From a bacterium (GTDB lineage Bacteria; Hydrothermota; Tepidihabitantia; SM23-42; JAOAFX01), in assembly GCA_036796695.1 (NCBI GenBank), contig DAIRCK010000012.1:8524-72523 (forward strand): a stretch of DNA of 64,000 bases, read 5' to 3'. Under the pieces are notes generated by a model. The model was not told where the DNA came from. It saw nothing but the letters and a program-made list of their open reading frames with translations, and ran no database searches. The stretch's first letter is position 1. Every line of letters begins with the position of its first letter. Shown piece after piece: positions 48,880-59,528 of this stretch. The translations under genes were made by a program, and so were the position numbers.

Positions 48880-49562
48880 TGCCGCTTTATATAGTTGCCA
48901 CGCCTATAGGCAATCTCGAAGATATAACCATTAGAGCAATAAAGATTCTAAACGAAGTAGATTTTATCGCGTGTGAAGATACGCGCCGTTCAAAGATCCT
49001 TCTAAATAAATATAATATAAAAAAGAAACTAATTTCCTATTATGACCGGATAGAAAAAAAGAAAACACCGGAATTGCTAAAATTATTAAAAGAAGGGAAA
49101 AAAATCGCACTCATTTGCAATGCAGGAACACCACTTATATCTGACCCTGGTTATGTTTTGGTAAAAGAAGCTGTTTCAAATAATCTTCCGGTAATTTCAA
49201 TACCAGGTCCTTCAATACCCATAGCAGCACTTGTAGTCTCTGGATTGGCTATTAACCGATTTATCTTCGAAGGTTTTCTACCTAAAAAGAAAGGACCGAG
49301 ACAAAAGATCCTTGAATCTTTGAAAACCGAATCAAGACCAGCAGTAATATTGGAATCCCCACACAGAGTCATTAAGACATTAAACGAAATAAAAGAGATT
49401 CTTCCTAACAGGGAGATTGTCCTTGTTCGTGAATTGACAAAATATTATGAAGAAGTCGTGAGGGGGACTGTTGAAGAAATCTTGCAATCTCTGAAAACCG
49501 ACCGTGGAGAATTTACAATAATAGTTGCGGGCAGAAATGAAAAAGATAAAGGCATTATATAA
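48879..49562 (+). CDS. rsmI: 16S rRNA (cytidine1402-2'-O)-methyltransferase
   Basis: [27 protein letters not shown] of the tetrapyrrole-methylase fold. Confidence 0.85.
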   Translation: MPLYIVATPIGNLEDITIRAIKILNEVDFIACEDTRRSKILLNKYNIKKKLISYYDRIEKKKTPELLKLLKEGKKIALICNAGTPLISDPGYVLVKEAVSNNLPVISIPGPSIPIAALVVSGLAINRFIFEGFLPKKKGPRQKILESLKTESRPAVILESPHRVIKTLNEIKEILPNREIVLVRELTKYYEEVVRGTVEEILQSLKTDRGEFTIIVAGRNEKDKGII

Positions 49563-50121
49563 AAAAATCTTCCTTTTACCACTCGTAAAATTACTCATAA
49601 AATTGAATATCACTCCCAATCTTATTACAATATTGAGTTTCATTATTGCTGTGTTTGCTTTTATTGCTTATAAAAATGGCGTATTCTGGGTTGGTGGTAT
49701 CATTTTGTTTTTCAGCAGTATCCTTGATACATTTGATGGTGAAATTGCACGCCAGACCAATCGGGTAACAAAATTTGGTGGATTTTTAGATTCTACGATT
49801 GACCGTGTGAACGAATTTCTTGTATACCTTGGATTGTTTGTTTATTATTTTCATCGTATGGATTATGTTCTTTACTGGATTTTATTTGCCCTATTCGGTT
49901 CATTAATGGTTAGTTATACAAGGGCAAGGGGTGAAGGAGTCGGCATATCACCACAGGTTGGTTTATTTGAAAGATTTGTCAGATTGTTATTTTTAATAAT
50001 CGGGTCTTTTTTAGGTCCTAAAATTATGGTATATATTCTAATTATTATTGCTATAGGGACATTCATAACTTCACTCCAGCGCATTTTTTATCTTTTGAAT
50101 AATTCAAAACCTGTGGATTAA
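49525..50121 (+). CDS. CDP-alcohol phosphatidyltransferase family protein
   Basis: The D-G-x2-A-R-x7-8-G-x3-D-x3-D motif ([27 protein letters not shown]). Confidence 0.75.
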   Translation: MRAEMKKIKALYKKIFLLPLVKLLIKLNITPNLITILSFIIAVFAFIAYKNGVFWVGGIILFFSSILDTFDGEIARQTNRVTKFGGFLDSTIDRVNEFLVYLGLFVYYFHRMDYVLYWILFALFGSLMVSYTRARGEGVGISPQVGLFERFVRLLFLIIGSFLGPKIMVYILIIIAIGTFITSLQRIFYLLNNSKPVD

Positions 50122-50138
50122 TTTCTAATCTAAAATAT

Positions 50139-51215
50139 ATGGAAAAAAAGGAACGGGCATTTCTCATTGGAGTGAGTGATGGAAAGATAAAAAGGTGGGA
50201 ATTGATACAATCCCTTGAAGAACTTGCCAATCTTACACGAACCGCGGGTGGTGAAGTAGTTGAAAGTTTTATACAGATTAGGGATAAATTTAATCCTGCC
50301 TTGTTGATCGGAAAAGGTAAGGCAAAGGAATTGGAAAAACTTGCAGCGGATTATAAAATTGACCTTTTGATCTTTGATACCGAACTTTCCGGTGTCCAGA
50401 TAAGAAATATAGAAACCGAAACCAAAGTAAGGGTGATCGACCGCACAACCCTCATACTCGATATATTTGCCAGGCACGCCCGCACCAGAGAAGCCAAATT
50501 ACAGGTTGAGATGGCACAACTTGAATATCGCCTGCCTAGACTTACAGGAAAGGGTCTGGAACTTTCAAGGCTAGGTGGGGGCATCGGAACAAGGGGCCCG
50601 GGTGAGAAAAAATTAGAAGTTGACCGCAGGCGGATCAAAGAGAGGATTACAGTTTTGAAAAAAGAACTTAAAAAGATCGAACTATCAAAACAGGTTCAGA
50701 GAAAACAACGCCGTGATTTCTATAAAATATGCACAGTTGGATACACGAATGCTGGTAAATCATCATTAGTAAATGCCCTGACCAAAAGTGATTTGCTCAC
50801 TGCAGATTATCTTTTCTCCACGATTGATTCTAACACTTCTATTCTATTTCTACCACCGAATCATAAGGTATTGTTAAGCGACACAGTCGGTTTCTTAAAA
50901 AAACTGCCGCACAGTCTCATTGCATCATTCAGGGCAACACTCGCTGAAGTCCTTGAGGCTGATCTATTGCTTCATATCGTTGATGCGACAGAAGAAGATA
51001 TTGAGTCAAAAATCAGTACGGTGGAAGGAGTTTTAAAAGAAATTGGCGCTGAAACGAAACCAAAGGTTATGGTCTTTAATAAACTTGATCGGATCTTCAA
51101 TGAAGAGATTGTTAGATTGAGTGAAAGATATCCTGATGTATTATTCGTTTCTGCAAAAGAAGGAACCGGAATCAAAGAATTAAAAGAATATTTAAGGAAA
51201 TATTTCTTCGGGTAA
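50139..51215 (+). CDS. hflX: GTPase HflX
   Basis: An HflX N-terminal domain plus G1 GYTNAGKSS, and G3 and G4 motifs. Confidence 0.85.
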   Translation: MEKKERAFLIGVSDGKIKRWELIQSLEELANLTRTAGGEVVESFIQIRDKFNPALLIGKGKAKELEKLAADYKIDLLIFDTELSGVQIRNIETETKVRVIDRTTLILDIFARHARTREAKLQVEMAQLEYRLPRLTGKGLELSRLGGGIGTRGPGEKKLEVDRRRIKERITVLKKELKKIELSKQVQRKQRRDFYKICTVGYTNAGKSSLVNALTKSDLLTADYLFSTIDSNTSILFLPPNHKVLLSDTVGFLKKLPHSLIASFRATLAEVLEADLLLHIVDATEEDIESKISTVEGVLKEIGAETKPKVMVFNKLDRIFNEEIVRLSERYPDVLFVSAKEGTGIKELKEYLRKYFFG

Positions 51216-51223
51216 AATTTTTG

Positions 51224-51251
51224 TTGACATTCAAAAAATTTTATGTAAAAT
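51224..51251 (+). promoter_or_regulatory. Promoter TTGACA-N16-TAAAAT, 6 nt upstream of the nadB ATG; leaderless
   Basis: Seen directly. Confidence 0.5.
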
Positions 51252-51257
51252 GTTTTG

Positions 51258-52784
51258 ATGCCCAAGAAGGTAGATTTTCTGGTTGTGGGCTCCGGTGTTG
51301 CAGGGCTAACCTTCGCAACCAAGAGTGCAAAATACGGTAGTGTTTTAATTCTTACAAAAAAACACAAGGCAGAATCAAATACTAATTATGCCCAGGGCGG
51401 GATCGCTGGTGTCTTCGGTAAAGATGATTCAATTGAGAGCCACATAGAAGATACTTTAAAAGCAGGAGATGGATTATGCCATCGAGAGGCAGTTGAAATA
51501 ATGGTAAAAGAAGGTCCTGGTCTGATAAAAGAATTATATCGGATGGGGTGTCGTTTCTCTATTGATAGTGAGGGTAATTTTGAACTCGGACAGGAAGGTG
51601 GCCATTCCCATCGCAGAATTGTCCATGCAAGAGACTATACAGGTCAGGAGATTGAACGGGTCCTGATTGAAGAGGCAAAAAAATATGATTTTACAATAAG
51701 CGAGAATGAAGTGGTTCTTGATTTGATTGTGCAGGATGGTGAATGTCTTGGTATCTATTACTTTGATGTTGATACCCAGCGCATAGAAACGATATTTGCA
51801 AGCGCAACGGTTTTGGCAACTGGTGGTATTGGTCAGGTATATGAACATACGACAAATCCACCAATCGCTACAGGTGATGGTATTGCAATGGCTTTCCGCG
51901 CGGGTGCAGAAATAGCAAATATGGAGTTTGTCCAATTCCATCCCACAGCGGTATATAATATAAAGATAGAAGGCAGATCATTTTTAATCTCTGAGGCAGT
52001 AAGAGGTGAAGGGGGGATACTGAAAACGAAAGCAGGCAAACCTTTTATGAAGAAATATCATCCACTCGAAAATCTTGCACCCAGAGATGTAGTCGCCCGT
52101 GCTTGTGTTACAGAAATGCTCGAGAACAAAGACCCTTATGTCCTCCTTGATGTCACGCATCTCAAACCTGATTATATAAAAAATCGATTCCCTACAATCT
52201 ATGAAACATGCCTGTGCTGGGGTATTGATATAACCAGAGAACCGATACCTGTCGTTCCCGCAGCCCATTATCTATGTGGTGGGATAAAAGTAAATACCTG
52301 GGGCGAAACATCGATAAAAAGATTATTCGCCCTGGGCGAGTGCGCCTGTACTGGAGTCCACGGCGCAAACCGACTCGCCTCAAATTCTTTGCTTGAGGCG
52401 CTTGTTTTTGCTACGAGGGCGGCAAAACGTGTTTCTCACATCAATTCACTCCGGTTAAAAAAGCAACCGAGATTAAAACCTTCTGTGAGCACCGGGCCTG
52501 ACTTTAAGATTCAGATAAAACAGTTGATGTCACAATATGTGAATGTTATTAGAACCGAAGAAGGACTGAAAAAAGCAAGTGAAATCTTGAATGAATACAA
52601 TAAAAATTTTGAACCAGGTATTCATCTGAAAAATGCTGAATCACGTAATATGCTTGATGTTGCAGGATTGATTGTTGAATCCTGCCTTATACGAAAGGAA
52701 TCCAGAGGACTCCATTACATTCTGGATTATCCTGAAAAAGATGATGAATTTTTAAGAGATACGGTCATTCGTCGGACACCATAA
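51258..52784 (+). CDS. nadB: L-aspartate oxidase
   Basis: FAD-binding DFLVVGSGVAGL, the succinate-DH/fumarate-reductase flavoprotein fold and HGANRLASNSL. Confidence 0.85.
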   Translation: MPKKVDFLVVGSGVAGLTFATKSAKYGSVLILTKKHKAESNTNYAQGGIAGVFGKDDSIESHIEDTLKAGDGLCHREAVEIMVKEGPGLIKELYRMGCRFSIDSEGNFELGQEGGHSHRRIVHARDYTGQEIERVLIEEAKKYDFTISENEVVLDLIVQDGECLGIYYFDVDTQRIETIFASATVLATGGIGQVYEHTTNPPIATGDGIAMAFRAGAEIANMEFVQFHPTAVYNIKIEGRSFLISEAVRGEGGILKTKAGKPFMKKYHPLENLAPRDVVARACVTEMLENKDPYVLLDVTHLKPDYIKNRFPTIYETCLCWGIDITREPIPVVPAAHYLCGGIKVNTWGETSIKRLFALGECACTGVHGANRLASNSLLEALVFATRAAKRVSHINSLRLKKQPRLKPSVSTGPDFKIQIKQLMSQYVNVIRTEEGLKKASEILNEYNKNFEPGIHLKNAESRNMLDVAGLIVESCLIRKESRGLHYILDYPEKDDEFLRDTVIRRTP

Positions 52785-52835
52785 TGATTAAAAATGATAA
52801 AAACAATAAAGATTTATATTTAAAAGGAAAGGAGC

Positions 52836-53117
52836 ATGCAATCAGGAGAGATTGAAGTTTTAATGGAGATTGGACAATCATACCTCCTGAACAAGGAGTA
52901 TGATAAAGCAATAGCAAAATTTACTGAAGCATTAAAAATCAATCCCCATGACCCGGAATTATATTATTATCTGGGTCTGGCTTATGAACAATCAGGGAGA
53001 TTAGAACAGGCGAAGATGATGTATCTAAGAGCATTAGATCTTGATAGGGGATTCAGCAATGCTGAGATAAGGTTGTCTGAAGTTAATAATAAAATATCTC
53101 AGGAGAAAAAGATGTAG
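52836..53117 (+). CDS. Small TPR-repeat protein
   Basis: Two to three TPR-like helical hairpins (AIAKFTEALKINPHDPELYYYLGLAY). Confidence 0.5.
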   Translation: MQSGEIEVLMEIGQSYLLNKEYDKAIAKFTEALKINPHDPELYYYLGLAYEQSGRLEQAKMMYLRALDLDRGFSNAEIRLSEVNNKISQEKKM

Positions 53118-53128
53118 GATTAAATGTT

Positions 53129-54310
53129 TTAACCGCGCTTATCTGTACTAACAAAAATAATCAACAGAATCGCCGAGATAAAAGATAAACCAGCACCTAT
53201 TAAAAGGGCAATATTAAAACCATACCTCTGCCAGAGATAACCCATTATAAGATTGGCAGGCAAAAGGGTAATACCCACGACTGTATGATAGATACCAAAA
53301 ATTGTTCCCCTGTGTTCAGGAAGTGTGAGATCAGCTACAAGCGCCCTCACATTCCCTTCAGTAAAGCCATAATAAAGACCGTAGATTACAAAGATAGGCC
53401 AGAGAAAAAGAGTTTTATTATTAAATGCAAGGGCCGAATAGGTGATTGTATAGATTAGAAAACCAAAGACTATCGTCTTCTTTCTACCGATATGATCCGA
53501 AATAACACCTGCAGGATAAGACCACAAAAAATAGGATATGTTAAAAACAAGCCAGAGAATTGGAATTAAAGGAAGGGAAATACCTAATTCCTTTGCCCTC
53601 AAAATTAAAAACGCATCAGAAGAGTTGCCTAATGTAAATAAAATTATGATGAGAAAAAAAATTCTCAATTGTGGATTGACTTCTTTAAAAGAAAATTTGA
53701 ATACCTTTTTTGCTTCCGGGATGATATCCTTTACACCGAAGATAATGAACAGAACCGCTATAAAACCCGGTATGAATGCAAGTGCAAAAAGTAATCTATA
53801 GTTTTGTTGGGAAAGAGAAAGTATCAAAAAGGCAAAAAGAGGACCGAGTATTGCACCCATTGTATCCATTGCCCTGTGGAAGCCATAAGTCCTTCCATAA
53901 AATGCCTCTTTTGTAGATTCAGCAATCAATGCATCCCTTGGTGCGGTCCTTATCCCTTTGCCAAAGCGATCTGCGAAACGAACAATGAGGATATGCCATC
54001 CCTGGGTAGCAAGGGCAAGCAAGGGCTTTACAATCGCAGAAAGTGTGTATCCGATAAAAATAAATAGCTTCCTTTTTCTCAGACGGTCTGAGATATATCC
54101 GGAAAAGGTTTTTAAAATACTTGCCGTTGATTCAGCAATTGCTTCAACCAATCCAATAAATATTGGTTGTGCCTTCAAAACCTCTTTTAAAAATATCGGT
54201 ATTATTGCATAAGACATCTCTGTAGAAAGGTCAGTAAATAGACTGACCAGACCAAGGATGATTACATTACGCGTAAGGAATGAACTTAATCTGTTTTTTT
54301 TATCCAGCAT
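53129..54310 (-). CDS. MFS transporter
   Basis: Twelve predicted TM helices and MFS signature loops (…DR-GRKK…). Confidence 0.7.
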   Translation of the reverse strand: MLDKKNRLSSFLTRNVIILGLVSLFTDLSTEMSYAIIPIFLKEVLKAQPIFIGLVEAIAESTASILKTFSGYISDRLRKRKLFIFIGYTLSAIVKPLLALATQGWHILIVRFADRFGKGIRTAPRDALIAESTKEAFYGRTYGFHRAMDTMGAILGPLFAFLILSLSQQNYRLLFALAFIPGFIAVLFIIFGVKDIIPEAKKVFKFSFKEVNPQLRIFFLIIILFTLGNSSDAFLILRAKELGISLPLIPILWLVFNISYFLWSYPAGVISDHIGRKKTIVFGFLIYTITYSALAFNNKTLFLWPIFVIYGLYYGFTEGNVRALVADLTLPEHRGTIFGIYHTVVGITLLPANLIMGYLWQRYGFNIALLIGAGLSFISAILLIIFVSTDKRG

Positions 54311-54697
54311 TTATTTTTTGAGATTTAGTTCAACTGTGTCTACACCACCCGAGAGTGTTAAATACCAGTATTGTCTTGGCCAGCCTGGATTATCTACGCT
54401 GTCAAGGAGCACAGCAACTATCTGCCCTCCTTGAAGACTCGATGTTCCATAACAGACACTATCCATTTCAAAAAATCCCGGCAACGAATCATTTGAATAA
54501 CCGGTTGTAACTGGTCGGTATCTAAAATAATCAATGTCATCAGGATTGATATCCCTTATTAGTAATTTAAGTCCATTGATGCCTCCAAGCGTATCATATT
54601 TTGCCCAGCCATACAGATGGGTAAAATAAAAGTCTTCTTTTTTAGTGCAATCAAATATGACAAAACAAATAATTATTAAAAAGATAATCTTTTTCAA
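54311..54697 (-). CDS. Small secreted protein or lipoprotein, hypothetical
   Basis: A signal peptide with a lipobox-like …VIFDCTKK. Confidence 0.4.
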   Translation of the reverse strand: MKKIIFLIIICFVIFDCTKKEDFYFTHLYGWAKYDTLGGINGLKLLIRDINPDDIDYFRYRPVTTGYSNDSLPGFFEMDSVCYGTSSLQGGQIVAVLLDSVDNPGWPRQYWYLTLSGGVDTVELNLKK

Positions 54698-54768
54698 TTC
54701 AACCTCCTATTGGCTTTAATTATATCAAAGAAATTTAAAAAGTCAAGTTCTCTGATATGTATGTGATA

Positions 54769-54796
54769 TTGACCACATAATATTTTTGAATATAAT
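54769..54796 (+). promoter_or_regulatory. Promoter TTGACC-N16-TATAAT, 5 nt upstream of the iorA ATG; leaderless
   Basis: Seen directly. Confidence 0.5.
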
Positions 54797-54801
54797 ACCC
54801 T

Positions 54802-56556
54802 ATGAATAACAACAAAAAAATACTTTCAGGAAATGAAGCAGTGGCAAGAGGTGCCTGGGAAGGCGGGTGCCATTTTGCCGCTGCATATCCAGGGACACCA
54901 TCGACTGAAATCTTGGAAAATATAATTAAATATCCAGATATTTATGCGGAATGGTCAGTTAATGAAAAAGCAGCACTTGAAATTTGTGCTGGTGCCTCAT
55001 TCGTTGGTGCACGGGCAATAACTGCAATGAAACATGTCGGTTTGAATGTTGCTGCTGACCCTATGTTCACACTTGGTTATACAGGTGTAACCGGTGGACT
55101 TGTCATTGTCACCTGCGACGACCCTGGATTGTGGTCGTCACAGAATGAACAGGACAATCGTCATTATGCAAGGCACGCAAAGATTCCGATGCTTGAACCA
55201 TCAGACTCAAATGAGGCAAAGATATTCACAAAAATCGCATTTGATATATCTGAAGAATTTGACACAGTCTTTCTTTTGAGACTCACAACCCGTATTTCTC
55301 ACTCATCAGGGATTGTAGAAATCGGAGCACGTAAAGAAATTCCAATAAAAGGCTATGAAAAAAATATCAAAAAAAGGCTCGTCCTTCCTGCCCATGCACG
55401 GATATTACACAGGGTCGTAGAAGAAAGGTTAAAAAAAATCGGTGATTATTCAGAAAATTTTCCTTATAATAAAATTGAATGGGGTGATAAAAATCTTGGA
55501 ATAATAAGTTCAGGCATAGCCTATATGTATGCAAGAGAAGTATTTCCTGAGGCAAGTTTTTTGAAACTTTCTTTCACCTATCCATTACCAAAGAATTTAA
55601 TCAAAAAATTTGCCCGTGGTGTGAAGAAAGTGCTCGTTATTGAAGAAGGAGACCCGGTACTTGAACAGGAGATAAAGGCAATGGGGATTGATGTTACAGG
55701 AAAGGAGAAAATCCCTTTATGTGGCGAGCTCGATCCGACCGTGATAAAAAAGAGTTTTAACAAAAAGGTCTACAAACCAATAGAATTGAAAGAAATTCCG
55801 GACCGACCACCGGTTCTGTGCCCGGGCTGTCCTGAGCGAGGTATATTCTATGTGATAAACAAATTGAAACTCGTTGCCACCGGTGATATCGGTTGTTACA
55901 CACTTGGCGCACTGCCTCCATTAAATGCAATGGATACCTGTATCTGTATGGGTGCTTCAGTAACGAATGCACATGGAATGGATAAGGCAGGTGGAAAAGA
56001 GTTAAGCAAAAAACTTGTTGCCGTGATTGGTGATTCTACATTCTTCCATATGGGTATAACAGGACTTGTCAATGCGGTGTATAATAAAGGAAATCTTAAT
56101 CTTATAATCCTTGATAATTTAACCACGGCAATGACCGGCCATCAACCCCATCCTGGAACAGGAAAACTCGCCCGCGGCGAAGAAGGCAAAAGGATTTTAC
56201 CCGAGGATGTTGCCCGTGGCTGCGGTGTTGAATTTGTCCGCGTTATTGACCCAATGAATTTAAAGGAAACCGAACAGGCAATAAAGGATGCCTTAAATTA
56301 TGAAGGGGTGACCGTCCTCGTATTCAGAAGTCCTTGCGTGTTTATGAAAAAACCAGCCCCATATCTTGTTGTTGATGTTGAAAAATGTAATGGCTGCAAA
56401 CTCTGTATGAGACTTGGCTGTCCAGCAATAATCTTAAAAAAGATAGAATCAAAAGAAAAACCTGTGGCATATATTGAGCCAACACTCTGCAATGGTTGTA
56501 ATCTATGTATACAATTATGCCAGCATAATGCAATCCATTCTTCAAAAAAGGAATAA
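54802..56556 (+). CDS. iorA: Indolepyruvate:ferredoxin oxidoreductase alpha subunit
   Basis: An N-terminal 2-oxoacid:ferredoxin oxidoreductase TPP domain plus a C-terminal 2x[4Fe-4S] (CNGCKLC...CP, CNGCNLC...C). Confidence 0.85.
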   Translation: MNNNKKILSGNEAVARGAWEGGCHFAAAYPGTPSTEILENIIKYPDIYAEWSVNEKAALEICAGASFVGARAITAMKHVGLNVAADPMFTLGYTGVTGGLVIVTCDDPGLWSSQNEQDNRHYARHAKIPMLEPSDSNEAKIFTKIAFDISEEFDTVFLLRLTTRISHSSGIVEIGARKEIPIKGYEKNIKKRLVLPAHARILHRVVEERLKKIGDYSENFPYNKIEWGDKNLGIISSGIAYMYAREVFPEASFLKLSFTYPLPKNLIKKFARGVKKVLVIEEGDPVLEQEIKAMGIDVTGKEKIPLCGELDPTVIKKSFNKKVYKPIELKEIPDRPPVLCPGCPERGIFYVINKLKLVATGDIGCYTLGALPPLNAMDTCICMGASVTNAHGMDKAGGKELSKKLVAVIGDSTFFHMGITGLVNAVYNKGNLNLIILDNLTTAMTGHQPHPGTGKLARGEEGKRILPEDVARGCGVEFVRVIDPMNLKETEQAIKDALNYEGVTVLVFRSPCVFMKKPAPYLVVDVEKCNGCKLCMRLGCPAIILKKIESKEKPVAYIEPTLCNGCNLCIQLCQHNAIHSSKKE

Positions 56557-56558
56557 AA

Positions 56559-57167
56559 ATGAAAAAGATTAAAAAAGATATCGGTTTAAAAAATAATAAA
56601 ATTACAAGTATTATAATCTGTGGTGTTGGTGGCCAGGGAATATTGCTTTCTTCAGATATCCTTTGCACTGCTGCGTTCCTTTCAGGATATGATGTGAAAA
56701 AAAGTGAGATCCACGGAATGGCACAGCGGGGTGGTAGTGTAATCACCCATGCAAGATTTGGCAAAAAGGTCTATTCTCCACTAATAGAAGAAGGAACAGC
56801 TGATTTTATCCTCGCATTTGAAAAACTTGAGGCATTGAGGTATGGTTATTTTCTAAAAGAAAAAGGCAGGGTCATTGTCAATGACCTTGAATTACCACCG
56901 ATGAGTGTTCTTGCAGGAGAAAAGACATATCCCATGGATGTAATTGATACATTAAAAAAGATTGCGAGTGTGGATATAATCCCTGCCCAGGAAATCGCCT
57001 TAAACCTGGGAAATGTGCGTGTGGCAAATGTTGTGCTTTTAGGTAGCCTTGCAAGGTATCTTCAACTTCCAAAAGAGGTATGGATTGAGGCAATAAAAGA
57101 GAATGTAAAACCCCAGTATCATAATTTGAATATAACTGCATTTGAGCGCGGGGTGGAAGGCAATTAA
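56559..57167 (+). CDS. iorB: Indolepyruvate:ferredoxin oxidoreductase beta subunit
   Basis: Gamma-domain-like GVGGQGILLSS..., immediately after iorA. Confidence 0.85.
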   Translation: MKKIKKDIGLKNNKITSIIICGVGGQGILLSSDILCTAAFLSGYDVKKSEIHGMAQRGGSVITHARFGKKVYSPLIEEGTADFILAFEKLEALRYGYFLKEKGRVIVNDLELPPMSVLAGEKTYPMDVIDTLKKIASVDIIPAQEIALNLGNVRVANVVLLGSLARYLQLPKEVWIEAIKENVKPQYHNLNITAFERGVEGN

Positions 57168-57245
57168 TCCGGGAATCTTCTGCATCTAAAATCAAATTTC
57201 AAATCGCAAATTCCTAAATCAAGTAATAATTAAATTCCATAATTC

Positions 57246-57273
57246 TTGACTTTAATCTCTTTATGTGTAAAAT
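57246..57273 (+). promoter_or_regulatory. Promoter TTGACT-N16-TAAAAT for the lolA-like gene
   Basis: Seen directly; the RBS AAGGAAGGAAA precedes the second ATG. Confidence 0.5.
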
Positions 57274-57294
57274 TATTCTATGAAAGGAAGGAAA

Positions 57295-57915
57295 ATGAAT
57301 AAACTAATTATCTTTTTATCGCTTACATTATCTGTCACAACATTGGGGCAATCCCAGAATTTAGACAGTATCATCAACAGAACGATTACCCGATATCAAA
57401 ATCTCAATAGTTTCTATATTGAATTCTCTCAGCAATTCTGTGAAAAAACCTCTGGTATGTGTCAGAGTTTCAGTGGAACAGTTCAGTTCCTCAAACCAAA
57501 TTATTTCAGAATGGAAATTGAAAATCCAAAGCAGATCTATGTTGGTGATAGTGTATCATTGTGGATATATCTGCCTGATAAAAAACGGGCGATAAGACAG
57601 CATCTTGGTGCCCAGATTCCATTCGCTGTGAATCCGGATATTTTTCTTAAAGATTATAAAGAGAGATTCAATGCTGAATTAAAAACTGGCAAAAATTACG
57701 AAATTATCCTGACCCCAAAACAGGAGACCGAAATATACAAAAAGATAGTTGTATTTATCGACCCGCAAAAATATGAGATAAACGGCATCACCATTTATGA
57801 CGAAACCGAGTCCGAAAATAAATTCATCTTCAAAAATATTCAGTTGAATAAAAAAATATCAAAAAAATTATTTGAATTCAAACCACCAAAAGGGACCGAG
57901 ATCGTTGAACAATAG
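57295..57915 (+). CDS. LolA-like outer-membrane lipoprotein carrier / sorting protein
   Basis: A signal peptide plus a LolA-fold pattern (…FSQ…KPNYFRMEI…). The start was chosen at the RBS-preceded ATG. Confidence 0.65.
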   Translation: MNKLIIFLSLTLSVTTLGQSQNLDSIINRTITRYQNLNSFYIEFSQQFCEKTSGMCQSFSGTVQFLKPNYFRMEIENPKQIYVGDSVSLWIYLPDKKRAIRQHLGAQIPFAVNPDIFLKDYKERFNAELKTGKNYEIILTPKQETEIYKKIVVFIDPQKYEINGITIYDETESENKFIFKNIQLNKKISKKLFEFKPPKGTEIVEQ

Positions 57916-57922
57916 ATTCTTA

Positions 57923-58303
57923 ATGGATAATAGATGCTTTGCCTGCGGTTCGGAAAATCCTGCAGGCCTGCACCTCGATATCCGCGAAAGTGCAGATGGT
58001 GTCCATGCAAAGATAAAAATGGGTCCGCTCTTTCAGGGTTATCAAAATATCATTCACGGCGGGATTGTTTCAACGATACTCGATGAAATGGCAGTATGGG
58101 CTTCTTTCAAAAAAGGGCACAAGGCAGCGACTGCAGAATTGAATGTGCGCATAAAAAAACCAATGCGCACTGATACAGAATATATTGCCACAGGCAGGGT
58201 GATCAATATTAAACATAAACTCGTGATGGCACAGGCTGAAATAAAAGATTCAAATGCAGAAATCATTGCCTGCGCTGATGTAAAATTGATAAAAATTGAA
58301 TAG
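57923..58303 (+). CDS. PaaI/YbgC-type hotdog-fold thioesterase
   Basis: HGGIVSTILDE.... Confidence 0.7.
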   Translation: MDNRCFACGSENPAGLHLDIRESADGVHAKIKMGPLFQGYQNIIHGGIVSTILDEMAVWASFKKGHKAATAELNVRIKKPMRTDTEYIATGRVINIKHKLVMAQAEIKDSNAEIIACADVKLIKIE

Positions 58304-59528
58304 GGTATATTTTATCTCCCTGGGCTGTCCAAAAAATCTTGTTGATTCAGAAGGGATAATGGGAATTTTAGAAAAAAATGGGATAGTAATAAGCACAAAT
58401 TTAGATGATAGTAAAATTGTCATCATCAATACCTGTGGATTTATAAAACCTGCCCGGAAAGAGACCGAGAGTGAAATAAGAAAAATCCTGAGATTGAATA
58501 ATAAAAAAGTTTATGTATATGGTTGTGCAGTGAATCTTGCCCGGGACCTGTTAATCAAAAAATTCCCCGGGGTCAAAGGATGGTATTGTATAAGTGAGAA
58601 GAAAAAATTGATCAAGGATATTCTCAAAAAAGATATAAAGAAAAAGGCAAGACTGTTGACCACCGCGGGTTATGCCTATCTGAAGATTGCTGATGGCTGT
58701 TCAAATCATTGTTCATACTGTATAATCCCATTGATAAAAGGGGGATTTAAAAGTTCAAATTTTGATGATTTAATAAATGAAGCAGAGGCAATGGCAGAAA
58801 TCGGTATAAAAGAATTGGTCCTCATTGCCCAGGATACTGCCCAATATGGACTGGAATTGTATAATAAGAAAATGATAGTTCCGTTGATAAAAAGGCTCTC
58901 CAGAGTAAAGGGTATTGAATGGATAAGATTATTATATACCCACCCAAGATCAATAGACGATGAATTAATATCAGAGATAAAAAACAATCCAAAAGTCTGC
59001 AAATACCTTGATATGCCCCTACAGCACATAAACAATCGCATCCTTGAATTAATGAATCGCCGTATTACAAAAGAAGAGATTCTACGATTAATAAAAAAAC
59101 TCAAAGGAATAACCCTGCGCACAACAATAATTGCTGGGTTTCCAACTGAAACCGATGATGAATTTGATGAACTCTATGATTTTTTAAAACAGGGTTATTT
59201 TGATTGGTTTGGTGTATTTAAATATTATCGTGAAGAAAATACACCGGCCGGGCTTTTAAAACAACTCCCACCCAACGTGGTTAATAACCGATTTGATAGA
59301 CTGATAAAACTCCAGCAAAAATTGATAAAAAACAAAAATCAAAAAAGAGTGAATAAATTTTTCAAGATTCTTGTTCATCAAAAAAATAAATATTTTATTG
59401 GCCACACCGAGTTTTCGGCACCGGATATTGATGGACAGATAATAATTGAACGTAATGATGTAAAATTAGGAGAATTCCATTTTCTTAAAATAACTAAAAC
59501 AAAGGGAGTCGACCTTTATGCCTGTTAA
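58296..59528 (+). CDS. rimO: Ribosomal protein S12 methylthiotransferase
   Basis: An MTTase N-domain (ISLGCPKN-VDSE), the radical-SAM CSNHCSYC and a TRAM domain. Confidence 0.85.
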   Translation: MNRVYFISLGCPKNLVDSEGIMGILEKNGIVISTNLDDSKIVIINTCGFIKPARKETESEIRKILRLNNKKVYVYGCAVNLARDLLIKKFPGVKGWYCISEKKKLIKDILKKDIKKKARLLTTAGYAYLKIADGCSNHCSYCIIPLIKGGFKSSNFDDLINEAEAMAEIGIKELVLIAQDTAQYGLELYNKKMIVPLIKRLSRVKGIEWIRLLYTHPRSIDDELISEIKNNPKVCKYLDMPLQHINNRILELMNRRITKEEILRLIKKLKGITLRTTIIAGFPTETDDEFDELYDFLKQGYFDWFGVFKYYREENTPAGLLKQLPPNVVNNRFDRLIKLQQKLIKNKNQKRVNKFFKILVHQKNKYFIGHTEFSAPDIDGQIIIERNDVKLGEFHFLKITKTKGVDLYAC

